A program made the translations under genes and the position numbers. A DNA stretch of 58,408 bases, the filler included, from Sphacelaria rigidula (taxonomy: Eukaryota), in NCBI GenBank assembly GCA_964200075.2. It is 6 parts of 6 records of this genome, joined end to end, with 100 filler letters (N's around TTAATTAATTAA, not from the genome) between each part and the next. Parts side by side here need not be neighbours in the genome. Positions count along the whole stretch, not along the records: positions 9,754 to 19,405 come from CAXNAA020008028.1; positions 19,506 to 29,156 come from CAXNAA020008029.1; 4 more parts are not named here. One strand, 5' to 3'. The notes under the pieces are model-generated. The model made no database searches and was not told where the DNA came from. It was given only the letters and a program-made list of their open reading frames with translations. Positions 12,801 through 25,495 of this stretch are shown in pieces. Each line of letters begins with the position of its first letter. Position 1 is the first letter of the stretch.

Positions 12801-13204
12801 CCTGATTCGATTTGCATAGAATCCACCGGAATATGCGTGTGGGTCAGGGAGCACCGATTTGGGGCGTCGTTCAGCACACCCAACCGGGTAAATCGAGCCA
12901 TCACGCTGCACAGCCGGTATGGCAGATTTACCATCACGCCGGACTCGCTTCCTGAGACGAGCATCTATCCGACCCCACCACACGGTATCAAGTATGTAGA
13001 ATCTTTGATCAACAAGCCATCGGTTGCCATAACTCGTCACTCACTCCTCATTTTCGATCTGCTCGTCTATACCTTGTGTCCCAAGGCGGTCATCTCCTTC
13101 ATCACGGTCAAACCGGACGCGCCAGACCCGATCACAGCAATCTTCTTCTTCGGCACGGGTGCCTTGCTCACGCAGTCGCCACAGTTGCACGGGATGCTCG
13201 ACAT
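9860..13204 (-). CDS. Flavin-containing monooxygenase (class B FMO), 5' four exons; 3' end lies beyond the scaffold end
   Basis: Exons 13073-13204 (gccaacATG; KKIAVIGSGASGL FAD Rossmann motif), 12722-12801 (VVCFETLPVIGGVYAKSY..LTTS), 11017-11269 and 9860-10231 (FKGEIMHSEKY = FxGxxxHxxxY FMO motif; VLVVGSGESGSD NADPH motif). All junctions are GT-AG and phase-consistent. Confidence 0.93.
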
Positions 13205-14779
13205 GTTGGCGTGGGCACACGAGATCAGGGCGGATTTGAGAGCTTGCTCGTTTGTCCTTATCCTCCAGGTAGCCCTCTGTGGCGACAGCTCGAGACCCAG
13301 AAGTGCAGAGTGTTGTGGAGTCGTGGGGAGATGATGGGATGCGATGGTTTGACTCGAGTGGACATTTTTCTTGGTGGGTCACGGTATTCTCTGATTGGTC
13401 AAACGGTTTTACCGCATTTTGTCTCTCTCGGAAACATCGCCAACAGCATACGCCTCGCTCAGAATTGGTTCGAAAAACCAATTACTTCCCTTTATTTAGT
13501 GCATCGTGATTCTATGACTCGATTTCAGTATACTGTCGAAACGGTGCAACAAACCGAGATCTTGGGAAATTTCTTCGGGGCTTGTCTCCTCCTCTCAAAT
13601 GACCGTCTCTATCCTGCTCCAACCTTTTGCCACCGTCCCCAGCACCCGAAAGCCAATAAAGCGATGGTGAGTACTACAGTGAGTCAGCTCAAGCTTATGT
13701 TTCCCTTTGAAATTTCGTGACGCCATGGATCGGCTTTGCTGGGTCATCTCTGTCGACTGTTACTGTTCCTGCTGTGCTGCTGTGCTGCTGTGCTGACGAA
13801 CAGTGCGCGTTGTCGCGTGCGAGGGACCACAGCTGGCTACGAAGTATGTTCTTTCCGTAAATTCGTACAGTACTACTGTATACCGCACAAACAGAATTGT
13901 GTGTGTATTTGTGAACGCAGCGGGGGGAGGTGGGGCTGAGAGGTCCATTCCACCGACATAAGAAGTGTAAATATCGGGCTGGTGTGCCTCGAGATCATCC
14001 CCTATCGCAAGAGCCGGATGAATAACTAATCCGTATAATAATCAGTATTTCGTACTTTGCATGTACAACAAAAAACTGTGGTCACAGTCAGTATCCCAAA
14101 TCTAATCTACTGTCTGTTGTATACTCCTCGTAGTATAGCAATTGTTTTCCGTACTCTTCGTGATAGAGCATGTGGAAGTTTATGAAGACCGCTGTCTCTG
14201 GTGGCGGGATGACGAGAGTAGGTCACCTGTTGAATCGGCATCAATTTCTGATGGGTTACCCTTGTGTTGTAAGGGTAGGAGGGAGTGGTAAACACCGAGC
14301 CCATCGCATTTGAACCGAGATCGGTCGCATAAGCCCCCCAAACTGGGATTTCAAAGTACACAGAGTAATCCGGCACAAGAGGACACAACGGCCAACAGAT
14401 GCCCCGAGTTAACTCTTTGACCACGAGAGTAGGCCACTTATGGAATCGGAATCAACTTACTTGAAAAAGGTATGCGTGGTCCTGATGGACTACCCTGCTC
14501 GCTGTCTAAGGGTTGACCGAGAGTACAGGTCTTGTGTTGAATCAGCATGAATTTCACTTGAAAAATGAATGTATGACCCAATGACCCCCTGTCGCGGTCA
14601 AGGGGCAAGGTGGGTAGACTCATGCTGAGGAAAACTCCGGGAAGTAGAGAGATGGACAAGAGAGTAAAAGTGGTGGCGAGAACAAGAGGTGAAGACAACA
14701 GTCAGTATTATTTCCCCTGATGAGATACTTCTCAAGCTATTGTAGCTCCAAGTTAATCCGATGGATAGTCGCACGTTGA

Positions 14780-14877
14780 CCCTTAGACCGCGAGATTAAT
14801 CTTTCTGCATCATGCATACTTTTTTTCACTTGAAATTGATGCCGATTCAACAGAAGACTAACCTCGCTGTCCAAGGG
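14780..14877. mobile_element. piggyBac-like mini-MITE, second copy
   Basis: ttga|CCCTTAGACCGCGAG ... CTCGCTGTCCAAGGG|ttaa. Partial relatives lie near 1395, 14500, 29540, 31340, 45770 and 54640. Confidence 0.65.
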
Positions 14878-15779
14878 TTAAACTGGTCACCTATCTGGCA
14901 CGAATTCAGCTGTGCTCACGCGAGATAAACCAACCAAAAAGAGATTATCTTCGAAAATAAGGCCAAAATGATTTTCAACTCCAGAAGGACAGTCAGTGCT
15001 TTCCCCGACCTCAAGTCATGACAATTGAGTTTGATATGGACAACCTCATGACTCCCGACCTCCCCCAAACTATTTCTGAGGGTTTTCCGTCTTCCGCTCC
15101 CCTAAAGCGACTATAGTATGCGGGGCTTCCATCTCATTTTGGCTAACTAAGGTGCGTGGTTCCGAGCTTCGTAATGATGGGCAGAAACGAGATGAAATTC
15201 GGCCGTCTCGGCTGTAGCGGCCTCAGAGGAACTCAACATCTTCATGTTCCGTGTCGTCTCCAGCGTTCAGTCCGGCACCTTCTGGAAAACATGGACGTTT
15301 CTCAGGGCTCGGAAATGGTTTGTCTAACCATAAATCAGTTGGATGGTCACGTGTAGCGCACTCATTAACCAGTTAAATGGTACATAATGGTTTTGGTCAG
15401 AAAGCTCTCCCTCGGCAAAGGGGGGGGGAGCGCTCGACGCGCCGTGCCGGAAGCACGTTCATACGCAAATTGGCTTCACTCAAGCTGAGAAATACGTCAA
15501 TTTTGGGCCAATTTCAAGAGCTGTATGTAGCGTACGTGCCAGTAACGACCTACAAAGCCGGTAACGGAAAATGATGGTTCGAAACCATTATTCAATTTTT
15601 TCATGTAACCATCACCATTATTACCATTATAGTGGTGAATGGTAATGGCCAGTTATAACTGGTACCATTTCCGAGCTCTAACGTTTATAGTTTTCGGACA
15701 GCATTTTTTTCCCAACCCCCCCAAAAATGCAGCAAGCGTCATGCTACTCTGTCGTACCTCTCACCAAGGACCAAGTCAT

Positions 15780-16120
15780 CAAGGGTCTGTCGGGAGAAGA
15801 CTTTCGGACACGGAGGGTTCCCCTACCCCTCGCGGAAAGCAATTTTTCGAAAACTGTCATGATTATTTTCGTTTTTCTTGTGAATAGTATCGAACAATTC
15901 CATTAAGAAACACCGACAAAAACCGACTAGTCCTGCTCCTTGCCCATTCCACTGTCCCGATGACCTCGGATGCCGCCACCCTCACACACAAGTATGCACA
16001 CGAGCGAACGGTAGCGACAGCCTGCAGTAAATGTAATAACTTATCTCATGCTTCGCCAAACTTGCCCGGACTATACTCGTTGGTACTCGAGGCCCACGAC
16101 ACGGAACATGATCCCTTAAA
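15780..16120 (-). repeat. Dispersed repeat, copy B
   Basis: Inverted homolog of 60-445. Confidence 0.85.
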
Positions 16121-16524
16121 CGTAATCATGGTGAGTAATGAGCTCGGGGGGGGGGGGGGGGGGGGGTGCCCGTCGTTTTTGTTTTTATCCTAAAAGCCTT
16201 TTAGAGAGGCTATGAAGTCCCCACACGCACACNNNNNNNNNNGTCTTTTTTGGGTCGTTCCCGCACCCGGATCGAACATCACCCTATTCTCTGGGGATGT
16301 TAGTTGTGGGGTGGGGGGGGGGGGGGGGGGGGGGGGGGGGCGTGCCCGTCATCTCATCGTTTTCATGCCAAGTATCTCTGTAGACGGTAGTTGACCGCAC
16401 TCGCCAACGCCTTGGCAATCAACTAGGGGATGGCAGGCTGGGTGTCCTCCCCCCACCACCACCTCAAAAACTCGCACAATCGACCATTCAGCTACCTCCA
16501 AAATTCATTCAGGTAGGTGAACTT

Positions 16525-16790
16525 TTCGAGCCTCCAGAGGAATTAAACGCGTCCGGAGGGGTGCGCGGCCCTCCAGAGGAGATTTCTGGTGTCCTACGGA
16601 GGGATTAAGCGCCTCCGGAGGCTTATTATTGTCAATGGAGGGCTCCGTATACCCCCAAATCCCTCCGGAAGGGTGCGCGGCCCTCCAGGTCGGTAGTGTT
16701 TGGTTTCCTCCGGAGGGATTAAACGCCTCCTGAGGCTTGTTTTCCCTCTGGAGGGCCGCGCGTTCCTCCGGGGGCGTTTTGGGGGTAGCC
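16525..16790. repeat. Array of CCTCCGGAGG-type palindromic motifs (likely transposon subterminal region)
   Basis: Repeated cctcc(a/g)gagg, gggattaa.cgcctcc and gggtgcgcggccctcca modules. Confidence 0.7.
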
Positions 16791-18219
16791 AAATGGCCAC
16801 GTGTGCGAATTTTCGATCTTGGGGTCCACGCGTCCAGAAATATTTTTCTGACAGGCCCTTGAAGTCATCCGGGTTTACCGAACAAGTTGCGAACATATCG
16901 CGACGCCGCACCTTTCCCATCCAACTTGAAGAGGATTCTACTCTATGCTCCTGCCCGCCCGTTGGCTTTACTCCTTTTCAATACGCTAGCCGCGCCCTTC
17001 CTCGGCACAAACGTCATTTTGATCCAGTTCTAAAAGCACCGAAGCTCCCACACTCGCGCTCTCATCTCGTCCAAGGTACACAAACCTCAAAGATAGATTC
17101 GAATCGATAGTGCTTCGATCACTCCCTTGACATCACACGATCGTCTTACTAGTGAACCGACGCCCGTGTTTTTTTCTCATGAGGGCCATCAAAGTCGACA
17201 TTTGCTCCGAAAGAAGTTCTCACACCATTGAAACGCTTGAAGCTCAGTTTCTCATGACGTGAAGTCTCGTGAGTGGGCCCGTGGTGCAGAACAAGCCGGG
17301 GCAATATCAGTTTGCGTGTTCCCCTCGCCTCCGCCGTGCATCCCTCATCAGGGACAACGAGAGCCACTGTATCGACCACTTCCGTCTTCGATTTCTTGCG
17401 GGCTATTGCTGCTGCCATGATGCCCAGCGATGGCGCCTCTCAACACAACAGCCTCTTGGCTGGGATGTACATCGCATTGGCGAGGGTCTTCGCATCGCCA
17501 CACCTCTTCGAACTCCCCCTTCCTCCTCCTTCTCGACCCGTTGGTCAACAGTCAAAATGAGTGAGGCAAGCAAAAAATGAGTACCCCCCCCCCCCCCCCC
17601 CTCCCGCCCATTCTCGACCGGTAGGTGCTACATGCCCTTGTTTTTCCCGGCAGTGTGACACAATCTCAAGAGTCCTTGACCTCCTCACCGTAGACAAAAC
17701 CAATTACTTCGTGGGTTAAACAGGATGAATGTATTTGGTGAGTAGCGTGCGAGTTCTATCCCTGCTGTGCTGAAGGACGGCTACCAATACGCCCATCAAA
17801 TCCCACCTTGAAATTCATCTGCCGTACACGTGCGCTAGATTACATCAGCTGGCCAGATGATGGAGGTGATTTCAACGAATACGCACAAGCATAGTGACCG
17901 CATCACAACCCTCAAACTACACCCACCCCTTCGCACAATATCGTACCTTGTTGACACACAGCATGGGCTGCTGATACTCATGGCAAATTACTGATTTTAC
18001 TCGATGCAAAAAAATAAATAGGCCAGCTTACATCAGAGAACGAAGAACCATCGACTACTATTAGCCCTCCAGAACCGGCTCGTCTGCCTGACCATCGCAT
18101 AGAACTACAGTAAAACTTGACTACGGGACATCACGCACGCCACTCAAGTGCAAGGAAAGAAGCAAAAGAGTGGACAAAATACCCAATGAAGGAAGAAACA
18201 GGTTTCGTGGTGGCTGATT

Positions 18220-18306
18220 TCATAGTCTGTTCATCGTGGTCATGTCAACAGACTGCACTTCCTCTTCAAAGGCCTCGATGGCGTCCGTGATGTCTTCTAC
18301 TCCCAC
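18220..18306 (-). CDS. EEF1B: Translation elongation factor 1-beta, terminal exon
   Basis: cag|VGVEDITDAIEAFEEEVQSVDMTTMNRL*, matching the C-terminus of the EF1B guanine-nucleotide exchange domain. Upstream exons were not found on this scaffold. Confidence 0.85.
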   Translation of the reverse strand: MGVEDITDAIEAFEEEVQSVDMTTMNRL

Positions 18307-18809
18307 CTGATCCATTTCGGCAAGGAATTTGGTCCGTGGATAGAAGCAGAAGTGCGACAACGGGCAAAGATTTGAGACGAAACATGAGAAAGGAGCACGG
18401 TGTGCCAATGGCGAACTACGACGTAAGCGCTTCAGAAGTGAGAGGTTTGCATTCGCTCACCCCCGAGCTTTTTCCTCAAGAAACGTTCTGTTTGACGAAC
18501 GGACTTGCTCGATCGAAGCACTCTCACACGTCGAGCACACTGTTGGACTTTTCAATCAGGTCCAGAAAATACGCCATGAATATTCCATGCGAACTCTTCA
18601 TACGGTGGATACGGGCTACTTTTGACACAGTCGCCGTGTCCTCAGATCCTTTGAGTATCGCTATCTCCATCTCCAAGCCTAATTCTCACCCCAGATTTAG
18701 GATTGGATTTGTGGAAGCCCACCCCCTCCGAACCTCTTCCTTTCGCCCAATCCCATTCTTGAACGCCCGATTTGCGGTATGGTTGCAGGGCGCGATTTAC
18801 GGATCCCAA

Positions 18810-19100
18810 ATGTGTTCGCATCCCATCTATTCTGCACGCCAGTCTACACCTTTCGGGATGTGTGGGCACATCAGTCGTGGTCACACAAGAGGAAGGTCAA
18901 CACGGGAGCCTTCATACTTTTGTATGGATTTAGCTCTCCGCCTCCCCTCTGCGATGCTTGCGTTTTTTTTTTTAATCGCAAGAAGGGTTCAGCGATCCCT
19001 TTCCCTCGTCGACCGTGAACTCGAACTTTCCCGAATGAGTTCGTTTATTCGACGGCAACGTGAATACTTGAGACGCGAATAATCTGACCTGAGGCCACTC
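18810..19100 (+). repeat. Dispersed repeat with an inverted copy at about 41700-41945
   Basis: catcccatctattctg.acgccagtctacacctttcgg is present on opposite strands at both sites. Confidence 0.75.
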
Positions 19101-19554
19101 GACTACAATATTCGGCACGTATTTTACAGAGGTCACTTTCCATCGTACTTACACTAGAATTGGGTGTACCCAACGCCAAACCAGAACCAGCTACTACGGC
19201 AACACATAGCCGTCAAATTATACAACACATGTGTTCAATACCCTCCCCAACCCCAACCCCCTTTTCCAAGAACGTTTCTCTCCTTTCTCCTTATCCGCGT
19301 TGTTTCCAACTTCAGGGGGGGGGGGGGGGAAACTTTTTTTGGTGAAAAAAAACACCAACCACCCGGGGCTACACTGGTTCTACGGTTAAAAGAATGCCCC
19401 ATGAANNNNNNNNNNNNNNNNNNNNNNNNNNNNNNNNNNNNNNNNNNNNTTAATTAATTAANNNNNNNNNNNNNNNNNNNNNNNNNNNNNNNNNNNNNNN
19501 NNNNNTTCCTACTCCAACTGGTATGGGATGGAAAAAGCGAAGTTCCCGACGACT

Positions 19555-20640
19555 GACGCGGATGCCATTATGTGGCGCGACAGGAAGGAAGGTCCAGAGA
19601 GTAGACGCTTGACTCGGGGAGGGAGTTGGGGAGGCCAGTGCTGAGTTGGAGTTGGTGCCGCAGATGTAGTGTGTAGGCATCTCCAGGCCGTGTTTATGTG
19701 GGGGTGGCGGCATACGAGCTTCATTCCGCCGCAGGAACCGCTCGGCATCATATTTCACAGCACCCGGCGAGTGGAAAGTTTCCCCCACTGTGTATTGGAG
19801 TTGAGTTCCTAAGCAGAAGAAAACAAGTAAGGCTGCTTCGTTTCCCGAGACGTCCGAAAAGGTCTTGGGGTTTTGTTTTGCGGGGCACATACGGTGGCTG
19901 CCTCACCCCTTGATGCCTTGGCCCGTGGGTCGTGGGTCGTGCCGACATATATGTACTGTGCAAGAGAGTCGAGAGAGGAAAGGGAGGCTCACCGCAAAGC
20001 AGCCTATTGCGGTCACTGTCGGGGATCTGGTTGTAGGTGGGCCGGGATTCGAGCAAAGGTGGCTAAGGGCCAGACGCTACACGGGTCGAGAGGGGTTGGA
20101 GGACGAGGTAGCCCCCGATGATGACCATGATGACTGTGATACTGGAAGTGATGGCAATGATGATGTTTGCAATAGCAACTAGGGATGACACTGGAGTCTC
20201 GAGTTGCAGTGGCGCAGTTTGAGAGTGAAAGCAATGGGTTCACATACAGGTCGGGATGCGGGCGCGAGCGTACAGTTCAGGGCGGGGTCGAGATGCTGTC
20301 ATGTAGCATGATGCGGTGTTGTATTGGTGTGTATGCCGGGACCGTACGAAGCGATATTGGGGTGGATGCCCACGATCCCTCTTTCGACAGAGACATTGCC
20401 ACCTCATATATGCTCAAACCGGATTGGAAAGATCGACGGGTACTTGCAGTACGGTTGAGTCGTGCAGTAAATCATTCACATCGTGCATCGGCCGTTAATT
20501 CTTCAGGACAGGGGACGCCCAATCATCCGTTCGGCTTATCACTGCGTTGGCAGTGATATCCCCCCACCACGTCACTGACAGCACCTTACTGACCTTACTG
20601 ACAGCAACTTGACGCCCGAGATTTTTGTCTGGACACGAGC
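19555..20640 (-). CDS. Candidate spliced gene for a single-pass membrane protein of unknown family (partial)
   Basis: Putative exons 20594-20640, 20348-20442, 20081-20178, 19993-20026 and from 19808 downward join in frame: ARVQTKISGVKLLSVSTRR..PISLLAIANIIIAITSSITVIMVIIGGYLVLQPLSTR|IPDSDRNRLLC|GTQLQY... One long hydrophobic helix. The donor at 20080 is weak, so the protein may instead end at a TAG near 20064. Confidence 0.45.
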
Positions 20641-20873
20641 CTCGAGACAAACAATAGTGAAAACATCGTCGACAACCAAACAAACGTTGTTATGCTCCGT
20701 CGCCCGCAGCTAACCACGGATGGGCGACATGTGCAACCACGGACGCACTTCCTACTCCTCCCAAAAATTGCACATCAGCAGCGTCGTGCGGTACTCCTGA
20801 GGGCTTTTTGTCACTCAACGGCTAGGGTCTTCAAACCTCATTTCATTGATGAACCTCATTTCATAGAACGCCC

Positions 20874-21063
20874 TGTTAAGTGGTGGCTGATAGCTTCGTC
20901 ATTTATAGGATTGGCTAGGTAGCTGGAAATGTTGTGAGATACTGGGCACGCAACACCTCATACTGGAGAATAACACTGATATGCGAGTGGAAGACGACCT
21001 ATTGCACATGCCATGTGTACTCCGAAACGCCTACTATTGGTACAGCCGATATCTGCCGTAACA
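20874..21063. mobile_element. Possible solo LTR (190 bp, TGTTA...TAACA)
   Basis: Inverted TGTTA/TAACA termini and a highly similar second copy at 28410-28595 ending at the same TAACA. No clean TSD. Confidence 0.5.
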
Positions 21064-22949
21064 TCCCCCTCCCTTACTTTTTGCACGCTGCTAATGGAAG
21101 GTAAGGAAAGTCACAGATTAATGCACTCCGGAGGAATTCCCTCACCTCTGTATGCCATCAGCTCAAGATCACGTCAACGACGAGAAAACCGCAGAATTTC
21201 GGGGCTAAGACTAACCGCGGGAAAAACTCGCCATGAAATCGGAAGGATGGGCAAAACCTGGTTTTCAGGAAAAAGCCTCATCGCTTGGGGAAAAAAAATC
21301 GCACGCCCTTTCGGATCATAGCGAGTGCTTTCGCATGTGCCATGTTGTCCCGGGATCCCAGTTACACTAAGAACCGACACCACGGAGAATAGCCGGCGAC
21401 TATTTCCCGATGGCAACGGCGCTTAGACACCCTTGATTGATTTACACTGATCAGGGGTAGTGTACGACTCGCAAAAAGAGCTGACCTGCTAAAAAAAAAC
21501 AAGAAAGCGCTTACTGGTTGATGGGAGTGCGTAGGCTTGTCCCTCACCGACCAGCAGCATCTGACCTACTAGACACCGGGGGACTCCTAAATCTTAGATC
21601 AGCAGTTCCATCATGGTACAACGTCCAAGCAGTTACTCTGTGCCCACCCTCTTCGTACAATGCTTACTCCACGATATGAATTGCTCTACTCGAAAGGGGT
21701 GGGGCACCCTCAAAGTCGGGTCAACGTCCTCCGAGGACGAAGAACCGTGATGAACGAACCGGGTGCGTGAAACAAAGGGTGGGAACAGGTATGATAAAAC
21801 CAAAAAATAAATGATCTTCATGGAATGCAAGACCGGGAAAAAAAAAAAAGCGGAGCAAGATCAACTCCGCGAAAAGGTGGTAGTGCTGGAGGGACGAACC
21901 AGGCCCCCAACAAAAGAAGAAAAGGAGAAAGGAAGGTGAAACATGAAGGAAAACTAGAAAGGACATACCACGTCCATACTACGAAAAAAACAACTCATAA
22001 AACATGGAAACAAAACAACAAAAAGGACTGACACGAGAAGGAGGATCAGGTCCTACGAAATCAAGAAAAAACAAAACGGTTGAGGGAAAGAAAACAAATA
22101 AAATCCAGACAAAAAACCGAATAGAGAAAAATATATGAGGGCCTAAGGAGGAAGTTCTGATCCGAAAAAAAAGAGGCAAACAAATCGAGAAGGCACCCCC
22201 CCCCCAAACCAAATCAAGATCAAACGTTATAAGGTGAGAATTTGAAGCCGGGAGCGATACAAGGTGTATAGACGAGCCCATTATCACCGAGAAAAGACGA
22301 GTGAAAACAGACCCGAAGAGAGTAGAAGAAAGTAAATATTGAACAGGTGTTCCAATGAAAAGAAAGAAACAGTACTGAACTACTGCTCATTACAATATAA
22401 AAAATACAAATACAAATACAAAGCGCCGCTCGCTCCTGCAATTCACCACAAAACGGTCCCCTGCTCTTCCCTTCGTACAATATTATGCTTTTCTCTGCTT
22501 CGTTTGCTCAATGCCATCGACTCGCTTGTCTCGGCCACTTGCTGGAGCTCTTCACTCGAAGACTCAGCGCAGTCTTCGTCGTCTCATCACTCTTCTCCGA
22601 AGCATTCACCGCCGTCGAACACATGTCCTATTCGGTGAGCTCCGTCAAAATCCTCTCGGAATGCGAAACCTATGGGGAACAGGTTCAGAATATTACTGCG
22701 CGACAGAGGGACATGGCGTGCTCGGGCGGGATGGCATACTTGATGCCTTGGCTGGGTGGTGCAGATGCCAAGGAGTGTGGAACCTGTCCACTCGGGAAGC
22801 ATCAGGCTTTCCAGGACTCTGCTTCCTGGTAGCCCCTCTGACATTGCTCCATCCTGGAATTATGCTCGCTATTTCCCACCTGTTTTTTCTGGATTTAGAC
22901 TCGCGACGGTGTTTCAGGGTGAGGAGGTGGGGTGTGGGGTATTAAAGGT

Positions 22950-23850
22950 TGGCGTCGCCTGAAAGTCTGGTGTTCAAGCAAACTAGGCGAACCCGTCAGC
23001 GATTGAATATCTCAGGAGGGGCGGGTAACGGTGTGCGGTTCGACCTATGGCGGACTATCTTGCGCGTACGTATTTTGTGTCCTTGCATCACCACCTCCAG
23101 ACCACGTGCCGTCATCTATCCTTGTCAATCTTTCATGTACCGTGTACTAGTGCTGCAGTTTCCTGCCGATGCCATCCCAACGTTGAGATCTCACCTTCCG
23201 GGTCCATCGCCAGTCTTACCTCGCATAGGTGCTATTCGCGCTGTTATACGAAATGGTCCGGTTGTATACTCAGTTCGCTTCTTGTGACATAAGTGGAAGT
23301 CAGCTTAAACATATGCGTGGTTTTACGTTGACACGGCAACTCTGGGCGGGGAGCAGCGTGTCAAGCAATGTGCGCTTGATTCAAGGAGTCAATAAGACGT
23401 GTTTACCCCACACGACTTGCAAAGCTCTGACATCATATCCAATACCCATCCCCCAAGTGTTACGACTGCGTCCTTACCGCGTGGGAGATCTGACGCTTTG
23501 GAAAGCGATGCCTTCTTTCAGTCACCTGCTCAAATGGGTGGCTTCTTCCACGCCAAACTCTTCGCCTCTGTTCAGCGAATCTTTGGAGGGGCACCGGTTC
23601 CGGTTAGGCACAATTTGCAGGGGTACTGACTACCCCGTTGACTCGTTTTGATGGCTGTGGAAAATCAATTGGGGTCGAGAAGCGAGGTCAAATGCCTGCA
23701 GATGTATGTGTTTGTGAGTGCAACCTCAAATGTTGGCAAGTTGATCACCTCGTCCCACGGGTCTATCGCACGACCCTACCTGATGGCCGTTTGGCGACTG
23801 CTTGATCTCTTGGGCCTGCTACAACGGCATATCAGCACATCTTGCCTGAT
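22950..23850 (-). mobile_element. Possible highly decayed Ty3/Gypsy integrase C-terminal remnant
   Basis: Minus-strand fragments PWDEVINLPTF (near 23750) followed by TGPFRITARI (near 23255), in the order expected for an integrase core and GPY/F module. Frames are heavily broken. Confidence 0.3.
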
Positions 23851-24039
23851 ATTTTTCGTACTTGTTGACGAAAGGGAGAGGTCATGCATCGTGGAAAGGG
23901 TCGCGCTTACTACTAAATTTGCGAGTGCTAATTATTATTGTGGAACCGCAGACAGGTCCTCAGCATCGACTCCCAGGTATCACTTATATTTCGTACTCAG
24001 ATCGCCTCTCACCTACCGTTTCGGCAGTCGTTTTCCCCT

Positions 24040-25495
24040 CAGGTCCAATGATTATGTGGGGATTTCCGAAACAGTAGAAGGATTGCAAAAACAGATAGAC
24101 AAGGCGCAAGAATACACTAGGCAATGGAGAGTGACGACGAACAGCGAAGGAGAGTGATCGCGAATGTGACAATATGCGCGACACTCGTCTGTAACGAGGA
24201 TGAGAAAAATCGACTGGGGTTCAGGTTGAAGTGGGTAGGAGAGGAACTGTCGATTCTAGACCAATATACATACCTTGGCGTAGACATTTCAAAACACTGT
24301 TCTTGGGATGCACAAATTAACAAGGCAATATAAAAGGGTAAGGCACAGATAAGAAGGATGAACGTGATCCTCAAAGACCCGCACCCAGACACCAGCATTG
24401 AGAGATGTATCCTGACGAACGTGATGGTACCACAGCTGGAATATGCAGGAGAAGTATAGGAGTGGAACGTGAAATGGTGAAGAAGCTAGAAATAGTACAG
24501 AGAGCAGCAGCCAAGAAGATGTTTGGATGCTCGAAAACGACGAGCAATACAGTCTTGAGAGCAGAGTTCGAAACGTACTCACTTCAAACAGAAGGTGTGA
24601 GGAAATTCAGATGACAATATAGCTTGAACATGCAGAGAAAGAGACCGCCAGCTGTCGTTGATAAGGCTGTGTGGAAGAAAAGTACGAAAGGGGATGCCAT
24701 AAGGTGAAATAGAGAAGTCGAGAAAGTATGGAAGGAGATGAGAGGGAACCAAGACGAAACACTGTCCTTAGATGCAGGCGCAAGGCACGAGACAGAAGTG
24801 AGCAACATGATAAAAATATGGGAACAAAATGGAGCGCTCAGACGTAAGGTAGACGAGAAAGAACATGTGAAGATGTACGGGGGGTTGAGAGAGGGCATCG
24901 GAATGAAAACATATCTGCATGGCCCCGTGGACGCGGCGAAAAAACATATGAAACTGCGATTTCGAGTGGGGGACCTGGACCTTCCGGAAAGATTAATTGA
25001 TTGATTAATTGCCTTTCGCACTTCAACTGACCCCCCAGGGATCCAGCCGTGGTCTCATGATAGACGTACCCACGCCAAACGAAACTGAAACATGCTCTGA
25101 GAAAAAGGAGGAACAGGAGAAAAAGAGAAGAAAGAAGTATGCCAGTAATCGGAAAGAGGAGGAAGTTGATAGACATAACTACCTCTGTGGCAAAGCAATC
25201 GGGAGCAGAAGTCATACAGTGGCGCAACGTAAACTGTATAAGGAGGAACGGCACGTGCTAGAGGGGGGAATAAGAGACGTGAACGAACGAGGCATGAAAA
25301 CGTCCGATGTATTAGATACGTAAAAGGTTTTTGCGCAGAGTATGGGAGAAACGTAATGAGCTATGGAAGAAGCGTAATGCGTGCTGGAATGTTGAAGGTG
25401 TCTATTAGGAGTGGGAGCGGTGCTCCGTCTCGAAAGGGATGCGTGGTCAATGGTCAAACGACTAAGGCAAGCAGCAACAAGTGAGTACGTTCCCC
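24040..25495 (+). mobile_element. 5'-truncated, degenerate non-LTR retrotransposon (LINE): RT C-terminus to 3' end
   Basis: Broken ORF: NDYVGISETVEGLQKQIDKAQEYTRQWRV (decayed xADD RT motif), DQYTYLGV, VPQLEYA, KMFGCSKTTSNTVLRAE, KTYLHGPVDAAK..KLRFRVGDLDLPER, CGKAIGSRSH. Many stops and frameshifts. Confidence 0.9.
24993..25127 (-). mobile_element. Short retroposed 3' end with an (ATCA)n-like tail nested in the LINE
   Basis: It interrupts the LINE ORF between LPER and RKKY. The core cgcactt.aactgaccccccagggatccagccgtggtc is shared with 1470-1520. Confidence 0.75.

Noticed and set aside
13076..13720. 214-aa + strand ORF (and 12837-13334, 9921-10418, 10948-11265)
   Set aside because: Antisense shadows of FMO exons.
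17149..17418. 89-aa minus-strand ORF between EF1B and FMO
   Set aside because: No motif and no convincing splice partners; unresolved.
18336..19082. 248-aa + strand ORF
   Set aside because: Antisense in the EF1B intron, overlaps a dispersed repeat and has no recognisable domain.
22500..22600. Tandem TGA TGA followed by acidic codons (GEE**DDEDC) as double selenocysteine
   Set aside because: The phase of the upstream donor favours another frame ending VSHSERILTELTE*, and there is no SECIS evidence.
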